In this document: positions 17,993 to 26,884 of the stretch, piece by piece
How positions within the stretch are numbered: position 1 is the first letter of the stretch
Layout: each line of letters opens with the position of its first letter
NCBI GenBank assembly: GCA_040384765.1
Contig: JAZKIQ010000001.1
Location: 67,246 to 122,616, forward strand
Source of the DNA: Patescibacteria group bacterium
GTDB lineage: Bacteria > Patescibacteriota > Minisyncoccia > Phycocordibacterales > JBBUBG01
DNA length: 55,371 bases
Reading direction: 5' to 3'
Position numbers and translations under genes: made by a program
The notes under the pieces: generated by a model
Databases searched by the model: none
Seen by the model: the letters and a program-made list of their open reading frames with translations, nothing else
Told to the model about the DNA's origin: nothing

Positions 17993-18712
17993 CTACGGGA
18001 TTTTGATGGATGGGTCGAGCGCGAGTCCGAGGAGGTACTCCTTGTATTCGGCATACCCCTCTTGTTCTAAAACCTCAGCCGCCACATACAGCCGCAGCTG
18101 CTGCACTCCGATGAAGTCACCCGTCCCATACGACAAAAACGGCTCTATCTTCTCCTCCTTCGGAGCGCTGGGGTCCTCCACCCGAATACCGATCTCACGA
18201 CCGAACTTCGCCTGTGCGAAGTGACCTTCGAGCTCCATCAGGTATACATGCTTTACATACTCCTTGGTCACCTTCTTGCTCGGCGTGAGATCCGTGAAAT
18301 GTTTGTACTTGGGAGGGCCCCATTCCCACATGCGCCGAAGATGCTGGAACTCGTGCCAGAGCCCCGTCATGCGGACACGATCGGTGAACTTATCGCTCAA
18401 GAGGAACCAATCCGTTAGTAGCATCACCGGAACATACTCACCATAACCCGTAACAGGCTGGTTGAATCTGTACGTCGAGGTGGTAATGGGACTCTGCTTC
18501 GTTTCACCCGTGAGGCGGATGAGCAGTTCACAGCTCTTGAGCCTTTTCTCGATTTCAGTGCGGAGCTCAGGCTTGGGATGCCGGGCGATAAGGAGCTGAA
18601 GCTTTTCGTATGCCATCCGAGCTCGGGACGGCAATGCTCCAGGAGAGGCAACAGTCTGAGCAGACACCAGAACGGGAAAGAGTGCGATCAGCACGGCCCA
18701 AAAAATCTTCAC
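17993..18712 (-). CDS. secreted hypothetical protein with an HExxH motif (possible zinc metallopeptidase)
   Basis: Signal peptide MKIFWAVLIALFPVLVSAQ. The only motif is GLWHEFQHLRRMW. Confidence 0.45.
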   Translation of the reverse strand: MKIFWAVLIALFPVLVSAQTVASPGALPSRARMAYEKLQLLIARHPKPELRTEIEKRLKSCELLIRLTGETKQSPITTSTYRFNQPVTGYGEYVPVMLLTDWFLLSDKFTDRVRMTGLWHEFQHLRRMWEWGPPKYKHFTDLTPSKKVTKEYVKHVYLMELEGHFAQAKFGREIGIRVEDPSAPKEEKIEPFLSYGTGDFIGVQQLRLYVAAEVLEQEGYAEYKEYLLGLALDPSIKIP

Positions 18713-18785
18713 GCATGCCTCCAGATGTCGAACACTCGTAACTACCTAATAACTTAATGACATTTTCTTGACGAAATGTCAATTT

Positions 18786-20189
18786 CTAGAACCCTTCCAG
18801 TGGGTCGATCATGTTGAGCTGGATATTCTGAGCCTTCGCCATCACCTGAGCACCGTAGAAAGCGTTTGAAGGCGATTTGCTATCGCACGCTCGCCCCGAA
18901 TAGTAGCGACAGGCAGCGTTCTTTTCTGCGGTAGGACTCTCTGCACGCGCACCGAGATCGCTCATATACAGTGCGGTCGCCATAAATGCATGAGCCGGAT
19001 TCCAAGGGTCGGCCTGATCTCCCGAAGTACCAACAAGAGCCCCAATGCGATTCTTGAATAGCTCCCAGGTAGAAGCAATAAACTGGGAAGGGCCCATGGC
19101 TCCACCAAAACCACGACCCACAACGTATTTAGCAGCTGGAGGACACGAGACGGGGGTCATTTTCCAGTCACGCCCAAGCCGCGCCGTAATCAGGCCAAAA
19201 GGCGTAGTGTCGCGCGGAGCCTTCATCACCTGTTCAAAAAAGCTACCTGAATTCTTGCCTGCGCCATCTCCAGTCTCAAGGTTGCTCACCAAGCAGGAGC
19301 CCACATTTTTGCCAAGATCAGACTCCTGGGTGAGGATCGCAAGAATGAGCGCAGGCCGTACCCCTGTCTTTTCAGACGCTGCAGTGGCGTATCGCAGCGC
19401 ATCCCCAAACGGGATACCTTCGGAGTCGCGCAGGCGGAAGAGGGCCGCACGAATCTCTGAAGCACGCTTCTGCTTTTCGGTAATCACCTGCTGATACGTC
19501 TTTTCAGTCGTTTTGTTTATTGCAATGAGACGCTGCTTTTCGGCTTCATCACGCTCGATCTTCTTTTTATCAGTCTCGATCTGCGCCTTTTTATCGGCCT
19601 CCTGAATACGCTTCTGATCAAGCGCTTTACGCTCTTCTTCGGTGCGCGTATGAAGGTCGCGAACATCGGTAAGCTTTTCGCCTAGCGACCGGCTGACCGA
19701 TGAGTATGAATCTACGTTTTCAAAGAGATCTGATACGCTCTCGCCCGAGAAAATAACCTCTGAAGCCGAAAAGGCATCTGCGCGATTTGTCGCGCGCAAA
19801 AGTACGGCAATGAAATCCTTTGCCTCGCCCTCTTTTACTACCAAGTGTCCAATCGCCTTTGTTTTTTCTCCAATATCTCGGATGAGTTTTTCAATCTGTA
19901 CTTGGCGCTGCTTAATAAACGCTTTTGCCTCGTTGATCTTTGCCTGGAGCTTGGACGCCTCACCCTGGAGAGATTTTGTACCCTGCTTCGTTTTGTTTAG
20001 TTCGGCCTGCCACTTAGCGATTTCGGCCTCTGTGGCAGCAAGCTCGATACGCCACTGGGCTTCCTGTGCGGCCCTCTCCCCCTCAGAGAGCTGCTGTGCA
20101 GAAAGCGAAGAAGCCCCGAACAGGAAGAGCAGGCACAAAAAGAGTGCCGAAATGAGGCTTAGGAGGCTATTTTTCTTGCTTACTATCAT
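18786..20189 (-). CDS. secreted coiled-coil protein with a C-terminal lytic transglycosylase (SLT/MltB-like) domain
   Basis: ATG at 20189 gives a signal peptide MIVSKKNSLLSLISALFLCLLFLFGASSLSA. The track start at 20321 overlaps rplY. A long coiled coil is followed by GVRPALILAILTQESDLGKN and GAMGPSQFIASTWE. Confidence 0.65.
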   Translation of the reverse strand: MIVSKKNSLLSLISALFLCLLFLFGASSLSAQQLSEGERAAQEAQWRIELAATEAEIAKWQAELNKTKQGTKSLQGEASKLQAKINEAKAFIKQRQVQIEKLIRDIGEKTKAIGHLVVKEGEAKDFIAVLLRATNRADAFSASEVIFSGESVSDLFENVDSYSSVSRSLGEKLTDVRDLHTRTEEERKALDQKRIQEADKKAQIETDKKKIERDEAEKQRLIAINKTTEKTYQQVITEKQKRASEIRAALFRLRDSEGIPFGDALRYATAASEKTGVRPALILAILTQESDLGKNVGSCLVSNLETGDGAGKNSGSFFEQVMKAPRDTTPFGLITARLGRDWKMTPVSCPPAAKYVVGRGFGGAMGPSQFIASTWELFKNRIGALVGTSGDQADPWNPAHAFMATALYMSDLGARAESPTAEKNAACRYYSGRACDSKSPSNAFYGAQVMAKAQNIQLNMIDPLEGF

Positions 20190-20210
20190 ATGAGGTATTT
20201 TACCATACGA

Positions 20211-20251
20211 CGCAAAAACAAAAGCCCCGTGACAGGGGCTTTTGTTTTTGC
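20211..20251 (-). terminator. terminator after rplY
   Basis: GCAAAAACAAAAGCCCC-GTGACA-GGGGCTTTTGTTTTTGC, a long symmetric stem with T runs. Confidence 0.75.
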
Positions 20252-20259
20252 GTATGAAT

Positions 20260-20916
20260 TTATTCTTTCGTAGCTTCTGGCTCACCAATAACCTCTTCCT
20301 CTTTCTTGCCCTTCTTTTCAACTTCGATTGCCGTGAGGTCTACTGGCACTGCCTCCTCTTCCTTCTCCTCCTTAGGTGCCTGTACCAGGGCTATTACCTC
20401 CTCAGGATTTTCAATCAGTATAACGCCAGCCGGGAGTGCAATATCGCTTGCGTGAAGCTTGTCTTCAAATGTAGCGAGCTTTGAAATGTCGATCGTCAGA
20501 ACGTGCGGCAGGTTACGAGGCTCAGCTTCCACTTCTACTTCGTAGAGCACCTTTACGAGGACACCCGAGAGCGACTTTACGGCATACGAGGTGCCCGTAA
20601 ACTCCACCTGCACCTTTACCTGCACCTTCTGGCCCTTTTCGATCACGTAGAGGTCTGCATGTACCACTTCGTTTGTCACGGGATCATATGAGATATCGTG
20701 GATAAGCACATCTCGCTCACCTTCTGGTGTAATGAGATTCACTACAGTAGACTCGCCAGCTTCACGAAACAGTTTCTTAAAATCAGCTGCTCCTACAGAA
20801 TAGCTTCCGAGAGCGCCCTTCTTTCCATAGGCAACGAGAGGGATCTTCCCCTCGGCACGGAGTTTTTTAACTTTTTTGCCGAACAGTGTCCGGGCTTCAG
20901 CATTGAGACTAAGCAT
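20260..20916 (-). CDS. rplY: 50S ribosomal protein L25 / general stress protein Ctc
   Basis: MLSLNAEARTLFGKKVKKLRAEGKIPLVAYGKKG..., two-domain length (218 aa), and an acidic C-terminal tail. Confidence 0.85.
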   Translation of the reverse strand: MLSLNAEARTLFGKKVKKLRAEGKIPLVAYGKKGALGSYSVGAADFKKLFREAGESTVVNLITPEGERDVLIHDISYDPVTNEVVHADLYVIEKGQKVQVKVQVEFTGTSYAVKSLSGVLVKVLYEVEVEAEPRNLPHVLTIDISKLATFEDKLHASDIALPAGVILIENPEEVIALVQAPKEEKEEEAVPVDLTAIEVEKKGKKEEEVIGEPEATKE

Positions 20917-21064
20917 TCGGGCATACTACCGAAATAAGGCGCAGTTGACAAGGCCACCTCTAGATAATACCTCCGAGAAGCGGTTTTCTTTTGAAAGACG
21001 GCCAGTATTGGCACGTCCCTTAATGCAGAGTAGGACATCCGCACGTAATTTCCAGGAGGATAGC

Positions 21065-21409
21065 ATGAAACTGGCTGACCCCGGCTTTCTCTTAAGAGTT
21101 GCTACCGAGATACCTCGCGCGGCCTCTGCCGGCTCGGAAGACAAGGACGAACATGGACGGCTTGAGGTGTATGAGGCGTTCCTCTCTTCTCTCGGCCCCG
21201 ATAGCGCTACGAATAGCGGAGAGCTTTCACTGCTCCAGCAAATCTACCGAGCCGTACAAGGAACGCTCCGGTCCAAGTGCCCCGAACTTCCGTTCTATCA
21301 CTGGAGCCGGCCTGTCCTCGAGAAGATCATGAAGCATCTCGAGAAGATCATACAGGCGCCACACGTGCGCGGCATCGAAGGTATGCACTCAGCCGCCCCC
21401 GTCTGGTGA
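21065..21409 (+). CDS. hypothetical protein (solitary gene rich in G/C-ending codons)
   Basis: ATG at 21065 lies 6 nt after AGGAGG. The longer track ORF starting at 20876 overlaps rplY. A terminator follows. Confidence 0.5.
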   Translation: MKLADPGFLLRVATEIPRAASAGSEDKDEHGRLEVYEAFLSSLGPDSATNSGELSLLQQIYRAVQGTLRSKCPELPFYHWSRPVLEKIMKHLEKIIQAPHVRGIEGMHSAAPVW

Positions 21410-21454
21410 CGGGGGCGGCAGCAATCTACGAATCCGCCTTCTGATACCTCATCT

Positions 21455-21492
21455 CGGCGCGACCCACACTGTTCGGGCCGCGCCGTTTTTTT
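21455..21492 (+). terminator. Rho-independent terminator
   Basis: CGGCGCGACC...GGGCCGCGCCG stem followed by a T7 run. Confidence 0.75.
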
Positions 21493-21494
21493 GA

Positions 21495-22580
21495 TTAAAT
21501 CCTAAATTCAATCACATCCCCATCCTTCACGATGTACTCCTTTCCTTCTGTTCGCACTGTCCCCTTTTCGCGAGCAGCCGCATATGAGCCCGCGCCAAGC
21601 AGTGCGCTTTCGTGAACAACCTCTGCTCGAATAAACTTCTCTTTGAAATCTGTATGAATTGCCGTGCCCGCTTCAGGCGCCGTGGAACCTTTCTTCACCG
21701 TCCAAGCGCGCGTCTCATCCTCGCCAGTCGTAAAATACGTCATTAGGCCGAGAAGATCGTAGCTTTTGACGATGAGGTCATTGAGGCCGTCATCTTTTGC
21801 ACCAAGCTCTTCGCGAAACATCCCTTTTTCATCATCTTCCATCCGCGAAAGCTCGTGCTCGATCGCAGCATCCACAAACACATATCCCGCTTTTTGATCT
21901 TTGAAAAAAGCTTCGAGCGCAGGCGATATCTCCCGCTTTCCACCCTTCGTGTTGAGCACATACAAGATAGGCTTCATAGTGAGAAGATGCATGCCATACA
22001 CATATGGCATCTCTTTATCCGTAAACTCCACCGTGCGTGCAAGCTCACCTGCGGCAAGCGCTGGCTCTATCTTTGAAAGTGCCTCCTTTTCTGCGATCGC
22101 CGCTTTGTCGCCACGCTTTACGTCACGCTCCAGATTTGCAAGGCGCTTCGTCACTGTTTCAAGGTCTGCAAGCACAAGCTCAAGATTGATGATGCCAATA
22201 TCGTGCACAGGATCTGGCTTTCCGTGTACATGGATAATATTCGGGTCTTCGAAGATGCGCACCACCTCTGCGATCGCATCTACCTCTCGGATATGCGAAA
22301 GAAACTGGTTTCCAAGTCCTTCACCTGATGCTGCGCCCTGCACAAGGCCTGCGATATCCACAAACTCTACAACCGCAGGGATCGTTTTCGCGGATTTTGA
22401 AAGGTGCGAGAGCTTGCTGAGGCGATCATCGGGCACGGGCACAATACCGACAGACGGATCGATCGTACAAAATGGATAGTTCTCCGCCGGAACTGATTTT
22501 TTGGTCAGCGCATTAAAGAGCGTCGACTTGCCAACGTTGGGAAGACCTACGATACCGATACTCAGTGAACTGCTTGACAT
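21495..22580 (-). CDS. ychF: ribosome-binding ATPase YchF
   Basis: GIVGLPNVGKSTLFNALT, FCTIDP, DIAGLV, a TGS-like C-terminus and a length of 361 aa. Confidence 0.9.
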   Translation of the reverse strand: MSSSSLSIGIVGLPNVGKSTLFNALTKKSVPAENYPFCTIDPSVGIVPVPDDRLSKLSHLSKSAKTIPAVVEFVDIAGLVQGAASGEGLGNQFLSHIREVDAIAEVVRIFEDPNIIHVHGKPDPVHDIGIINLELVLADLETVTKRLANLERDVKRGDKAAIAEKEALSKIEPALAAGELARTVEFTDKEMPYVYGMHLLTMKPILYVLNTKGGKREISPALEAFFKDQKAGYVFVDAAIEHELSRMEDDEKGMFREELGAKDDGLNDLIVKSYDLLGLMTYFTTGEDETRAWTVKKGSTAPEAGTAIHTDFKEKFIRAEVVHESALLGAGSYAAAREKGTVRTEGKEYIVKDGDVIEFRI

Positions 22581-24180
22581 AGGTTTGATTTAGATCGATT
22601 TCGCCATAAACGGATAATTGCTTCTGACTGGAAGAGATGCGCGTATTAGTCCTAGCGATTATGCGCTTTTTCTCCTCTAAATTCAAGGTTCCAAGCGTCT
22701 CCTGTGCTTCTTTCGCAAAACGCTCTATCTCCTCTTCTTCGGGCATCATGAGCTCGCGGCTTTCCTTTTGCACGAGGTACGCCTGCGCCAAGTCTTTCTC
22801 AAGTATCTCTATTTCAACCTTGAGAGGACTAACAAGCTCCTTAAGCCTATCGACGGGGATAATTCCTTCAGAAAAGGCAGTAAGGTATTTTTCCTCCCTT
22901 TTTCTCCTCTTTGTAATCTCCTCCTTGGTATTTTCGATATTCACCACGCCTCTCGTGACCTTACTTTCACGCGATTCCCTTACATGGTTTTCAATCTGGG
23001 CTTGCATGAGTGCTGGGGTACTCATGAAGCGTCTCAGAGCTTCCCACACCACTTCATCTGCAATACGTGCGTTTATACCCTTCTCATGGCAATTTCGCGG
23101 CAAAGGGAAACTATACACACGATCAGTGCATCGATAGTAGAGATGCTTTCCTTTTTGGGGACCTTCCCCCGCTCTACGCCGCCCGCAAATGCACCATATC
23201 GCCCCCGCAAGGAGGTAATCATTCCTTTTACCTCTCCCGACAATCGCAAAGTTGTCTCTCAACTGCTTGCCTGTACGATAGAAGAGGTCCTCGTCGACGA
23301 TCTTATGTGGGATGTTAATAAGGAACCATTCAGCGCGAGGCCTCATGCGCTTACTCGTCTTTTTTATTTTCTTATACTTCTGCTCTTTGAGCGGTTTGGT
23401 GGGAACAACGGCATACGATGCGCCCCAATACGCCCTGCCTATATAGGTCTCATTACGCAAGAGAGTGCTTAAGGTGCTCGTATTCCATACTTTCCTCTTG
23501 TTTTTACGAGGCGTAATACCTAGCTCAAGCAACTTTCTCACGACTCCTCGTAGTGTCATTCGCTCAATTGCCACCCACCGGAAAATCATTCGTACCACCG
23601 CCGCTTCTTTCTCATTTACAATGAAATGCCCTACTACATACTCAGGAGTTCCGCGCTTCCCCACATTCGGAATATAGGTAAATCCGTAAGGAGCTTCGGT
23701 GACCAATACGTGCCCCTTGTCGATCCGACTTAATTTCCCAAGACGAAATCTCTCCGCTATCTTGTCTCGTTCGTAATCTGCAAATAGACCACGCATTCCG
23801 GCGAATAACTTATCATTAAAGTCTTTTATCGGAGGGAGAGTAACAAAAAGCAGCTCAACCCCCGACTCTTTGAGCAGATCACGGACCCCTTCCTGATGAA
23901 AATAACTCCGGGCGATACGATCAGGGTCATACGCAAGTACCGCCTCCCAGATGTGCTTTTTGGCATCTACCCGCAACTCATCAAGCTGAGGACGTTTAAT
24001 ATTATCTCCAGGCCACCCCTCATCAAGATACTCTTTAACGATGATATACCCTTTTTCAGCTGCGAACTTCCGCACCTCAAGAAGCTGTGCCTCGATGGTT
24101 TTTTCCTCTGCTTGGTTAGCGGTTGAAACACGGGCATACACCGCAACCAGCTTACCCTCACCCTTAGGTTCATTACTCAT
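22513..24180 (-). CDS. large serine recombinase (integrase)
   Basis: The 555-aa ORF has catalytic VAVYARVSTANQ, DEGWPGDNIKRPQL and DRIARS. A recombinase domain follows, then a zinc ribbon CICGRRRAGEGPQKGKHLYYRC...C and a C-terminal coiled coil. The last 23 codons overlap the ychF 5' end in another frame. Confidence 0.88.
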   Translation of the reverse strand: MSNEPKGEGKLVAVYARVSTANQAEEKTIEAQLLEVRKFAAEKGYIIVKEYLDEGWPGDNIKRPQLDELRVDAKKHIWEAVLAYDPDRIARSYFHQEGVRDLLKESGVELLFVTLPPIKDFNDKLFAGMRGLFADYERDKIAERFRLGKLSRIDKGHVLVTEAPYGFTYIPNVGKRGTPEYVVGHFIVNEKEAAVVRMIFRWVAIERMTLRGVVRKLLELGITPRKNKRKVWNTSTLSTLLRNETYIGRAYWGASYAVVPTKPLKEQKYKKIKKTSKRMRPRAEWFLINIPHKIVDEDLFYRTGKQLRDNFAIVGRGKRNDYLLAGAIWCICGRRRAGEGPQKGKHLYYRCTDRVYSFPLPRNCHEKGINARIADEVVWEALRRFMSTPALMQAQIENHVRESRESKVTRGVVNIENTKEEITKRRKREEKYLTAFSEGIIPVDRLKELVSPLKVEIEILEKDLAQAYLVQKESRELMMPEEEEIERFAKEAQETLGTLNLEEKKRIIARTNTRISSSQKQLSVYGEIDLNQTYVKQFTEYRYRRSSQRWQVDAL

Positions 24181-24643
24181 GTTTTTTGTTTTTCTTTTTA
24201 GACAAAGGCTTTCGCTTTTGAAGACCTGCCTTTATTTTCTCTGAACGAGTTACGCGTTCATGCTCTGTAAACAGATCCTGGACACCTAAGAGCAGAGGAA
24301 CTCGTGTTCCGATTGCTGTAACCAACTCAACCCCTTTACTCAAGAGCGTGTCCTTCACGTCTTTCCAGTACTCAATAGTCCGTGCGATCCGTTCCGGACC
24401 GCTGACAATCACCTTCTTCCAATTCGCCTTACCTGCATCAGCGAGTAGCTGCTTGAGAGCAGGTCTGTCTATTGCTAAGGCGCTATGTCCTTGATCGATA
24501 TATGTTCTTTCAATCTCATATCCATGCTTCATGCAATACTCTTCGATTTCAGTCAGCTGCTTTTTAATCGCATCTCCCATATCCTGATTGGTCCGAGCGT
24601 ACACTGCTACTGATATGTTGCCCTTCTGTTTTCGTTTCTTCAT
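24173..24643 (-). CDS. resolvase catalytic-domain-only protein lacking the nucleophilic Ser
   Basis: VAVYARTNQD aligns to YARVSTxxQ with the VS missing. IDRPALKQLL, PERIARTIEY and an E-helix-like FTEHERVTRSEKIKAGL are present. There is no HTH or recombinase domain. Confidence 0.6.
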   Translation of the reverse strand: MKKRKQKGNISVAVYARTNQDMGDAIKKQLTEIEEYCMKHGYEIERTYIDQGHSALAIDRPALKQLLADAGKANWKKVIVSGPERIARTIEYWKDVKDTLLSKGVELVTAIGTRVPLLLGVQDLFTEHERVTRSEKIKAGLQKRKPLSKKKNKKHE

Positions 24644-24884
24644 AAATAAAATACTTGTTATGTGTTAATGCCTTCTCAGCTCTCCGTCGCTGAACTTCTT
24701 CAAATAGCACCCTGAACATCTGGTTTACTCTTTCCCATTCGTCTTCCGCCTCTTCGTGCCAATAGGTTATCCATAGCCCTTTGTAGAGATATGAGGTGAA
24801 GGTAACTCTGTCGCACACATCCACCTTATCGATACAAAAGACATGAAGCAGTTCTGGTGGTTTTTCGCTCTCGTTTGGTTCCAT
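24564..24884 (-). CDS. hypothetical protein
   Basis: Start at internal ATG 24884 (MEPNESEKPPELLHVFCIDK...). The 3' end overlaps the next gene by 80 nt, so this could also be a decayed frame. Confidence 0.3.
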   Translation of the reverse strand: MEPNESEKPPELLHVFCIDKVDVCDRVTFTSYLYKGLWITYWHEEAEDEWERVNQMFRVLFEEVQRRRAEKALTHNKYFIYEETKTEGQHISSSVRSDQSGYGRCD

Positions 24885-24898
24885 GTGTTTTGTGGGGC

Positions 24899-25294
24899 CT
24901 AGTGAGGCATACTCATATCGACCACTATTAGATCGATCCCGAGGCACGCCAACCGCTCCGCAATAGCCTGATAGTGATCAGGGTTCTGAGAAAGACGGTC
25001 CTGGGTCGTAATAACCACCGCAGACACGTTGTTGATGGGATTAAAACAGAAGCCAAAAAGACGTTCTAGGTTTTTTCGCGACAAAGATACTCCTCTGGCG
25101 AGATCCTGGAAGACATTCACCACCTCATACCCAGATTCCGCTGAGGCGAGCATGCACCTATTTACCTGATCTATAAGACCGTGCCCGCCACCTTTTCTAA
25201 AAGGCGTGCTGTTACGTGCGTACACAACAGACCGTTTCCGCGCTCTGGCCCGCACCCCATTCCCATAGTTTCCGCCACCATTTCCTAGATTCAT
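24899..25294 (-). CDS. truncated resolvase-domain protein (catalytic Ser present; no E-helix or DNA-binding domain)
   Basis: VVYARNST, DLARGVSLSRKNLERL and VVITTQDRLSQ. The 131-aa ORF ends before the E-helix. Confidence 0.55.
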   Translation of the reverse strand: MNLGNGGGNYGNGVRARARKRSVVYARNSTPFRKGGGHGLIDQVNRCMLASAESGYEVVNVFQDLARGVSLSRKNLERLFGFCFNPINNVSAVVITTQDRLSQNPDHYQAIAERLACLGIDLIVVDMSMPH

Positions 25295-25483
25295 AAGCGT
25301 TTCGATTACCTAACGTTTGTAATAAAGCCGATTTGATATTCATAGTGATTTTGATTTTCATGCGATCTACATACCATTATTACAGAGGCCCAAACTGCTA
25401 GGATCCCTAGTATTTTTAGAGCCCTCTTTCACCCCTCACTCCTACGCTCCCCAAGAGAAAAGCGCAGGATCAGGGGTCAATGA

Positions 25484-26026
25484 CTAGCTCACGAAGCTCT
25501 GAATGGCCGCTGAAGCTTCCTGTTTCGTAAAGACTTCCATTTCCATGCATAGGCGATCACGCTCTCGTTGATCTGCTATATGCGTCTGGATAAGCTCCCG
25601 TAAATACCGCTTTTGTCTGTCTGTAGCCCCTTCTGGACCACGTTCTGCCCCAAGTGGCACTTCTGCAAACCGAGGGTCGAGCAAGCCATTGAGTGATTTC
25701 ATAGTTTTGACTGCGTCACTGACGCTGGCGTTGAAACAAGCTGAGACAGCCCTTTCAATCATCCGATTTAGGCGATTAATCACGACTGAACCTCTCCCTT
25801 GAGAAATGATCACGCCGTCAGGACTTCCTCGTCTGATAGTTGCAATAAAAGCAACCAAGCCGGGAATATGACTTAGCGTGTCAATTGTGGATAAGTCTTC
25901 TTCGACAGTCACCACAAGCTGGTAGCTGCCGACCATCCGCCCGATCTCCTCACGCACTGGATGCCCCTTTGCGCGGATATCAACCTGCAGAGGAGACAGC
26001 ACTTCACCCTCACGAGTGACTTGCAT
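25484..26026 (-). CDS. hypothetical protein
   Basis: The 180-aa ORF overlaps the upstream ORF by 17 nt. The C-terminal helical segment ATDRQKRYLRELI...FTKQEASAAIQSF gives no confident family call. Confidence 0.5.
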   Translation of the reverse strand: MQVTREGEVLSPLQVDIRAKGHPVREEIGRMVGSYQLVVTVEEDLSTIDTLSHIPGLVAFIATIRRGSPDGVIISQGRGSVVINRLNRMIERAVSACFNASVSDAVKTMKSLNGLLDPRFAEVPLGAERGPEGATDRQKRYLRELIQTHIADQRERDRLCMEMEVFTKQEASAAIQSFVS

Positions 26027-26201
26027 GGTGTTCGGAAGCTAGTTTGGTAATGGTGATACGACCTTTTTCGTAGAAAACCTCGATACGGGTATTGATTTCA
26101 AAGCCCGCGCCAGCGAGAAAAGAATTCGAAATCCTGAGCATAGGGATATCTATAGTTCCAGGAGCACGTACGATGACCATACGACGCAAAGAGGAGCTCA
26201 T
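26010..26201 (-). CDS. SymE/AbrB-fold (SpoVT-AbrB-like) small protein
   Basis: LRISNSFLAGAGFEINTRIEVFYEKGRITITKL resembles the SymE/AbrB swapped-hairpin signature. ATG at 26201 overlaps the upstream stop as ATGA. Confidence 0.45.
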   Translation of the reverse strand: MSSSLRRMVIVRAPGTIDIPMLRISNSFLAGAGFEINTRIEVFYEKGRITITKLASEHHASHS

Positions 26202-26506
26202 TGTGGCTTCACTTGGCAACGATGGAATAAGTTCACCGTGCGGGGAATCTTTCGCACCACCTCACCGAGACCGTCACGGACTTCCACGTAGGTAACACTC
26301 CTAAGGGCTTTTTCACCCTTCTTCACGCGGAAGCCATAAGCCATCCACGACAAGAGGGGCATGCAGTCAAACCGGGCATCAAATTGATCTGCCAGCGCTT
26401 GACCCCATCTTTCTGCTATTTGTCGCCTTACGTCCTCCTGCGTCCTTTCTGAACCACGAAAAGGAGAACGCATAGGTACACTCGTAATCTCTTTGATGCT
26501 TTGCAT
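26198..26506 (-). CDS. hypothetical protein, weakly ArdC N-terminal-like
   Basis: WMAYGFRVKKGEKALRSV resembles the W..G..VKKGEK motif of ArdC-type ssDNA-binding domains. This is a weak call. Confidence 0.3.
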   Translation of the reverse strand: MQSIKEITSVPMRSPFRGSERTQEDVRRQIAERWGQALADQFDARFDCMPLLSWMAYGFRVKKGEKALRSVTYVEVRDGLGEVVRKIPRTVNLFHRCQVKPQ

Positions 26507-26844
26507 AGTGTGCAGGCATGACTAATACGCACTACTCGATTGAAGCAGCGCAAAGTACTCGTGTGTGATAAGTGAGTCCTTCACCTATCAAGTTGTGATT
26601 CTTGGGGTATGGGAGGGGTGGTATTTCGACTTGAGGAGGTAGGCGGTGTGAGACTCCTAGGTGTGGCCATTGGAGACGGTTTTTCTACGATGAAACATTT
26701 GCCACCCCCCTAGGTATCTCAAAACGAAAAACGACGGCCCCAATTTTTTTCGCGGCTATTTTTTAGACTTTTGGCCACAAAACAGGAGAAAAGCCGCTAA
26801 ATCCAATAGCTTGACCAGCAAAAAAGGGACTGTAGTACTCTCAA

Positions 26845-26884
26845 GGAGTCAGAATCACAAGTGATTCTGACTCCCCTTTCTTTC
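26845..26884 (+). terminator. strong hairpin with a pyrimidine tail inside the ORF-poor spacer (possible end of a plus-strand non-coding transcript)
   Basis: GGAGTCAGAATCAC-AA-GTGATTCTGACTCC (14 bp, perfect) followed by CCTTTCTTTC. No plus-strand ORF lies upstream. Confidence 0.35.

Noticed and set aside
20190-20321. N-terminal extension of the SLT-domain gene.
   Set aside because: It overlaps the rplY 3' end and the rplY terminator. ATG at 20189 gives a signal peptide.
20876-21064. N-terminal extension of the 21065 gene, reaching into rplY.
   Set aside because: It overlaps the rplY start. The AGGAGG-ATG at 21065 is a far better start.
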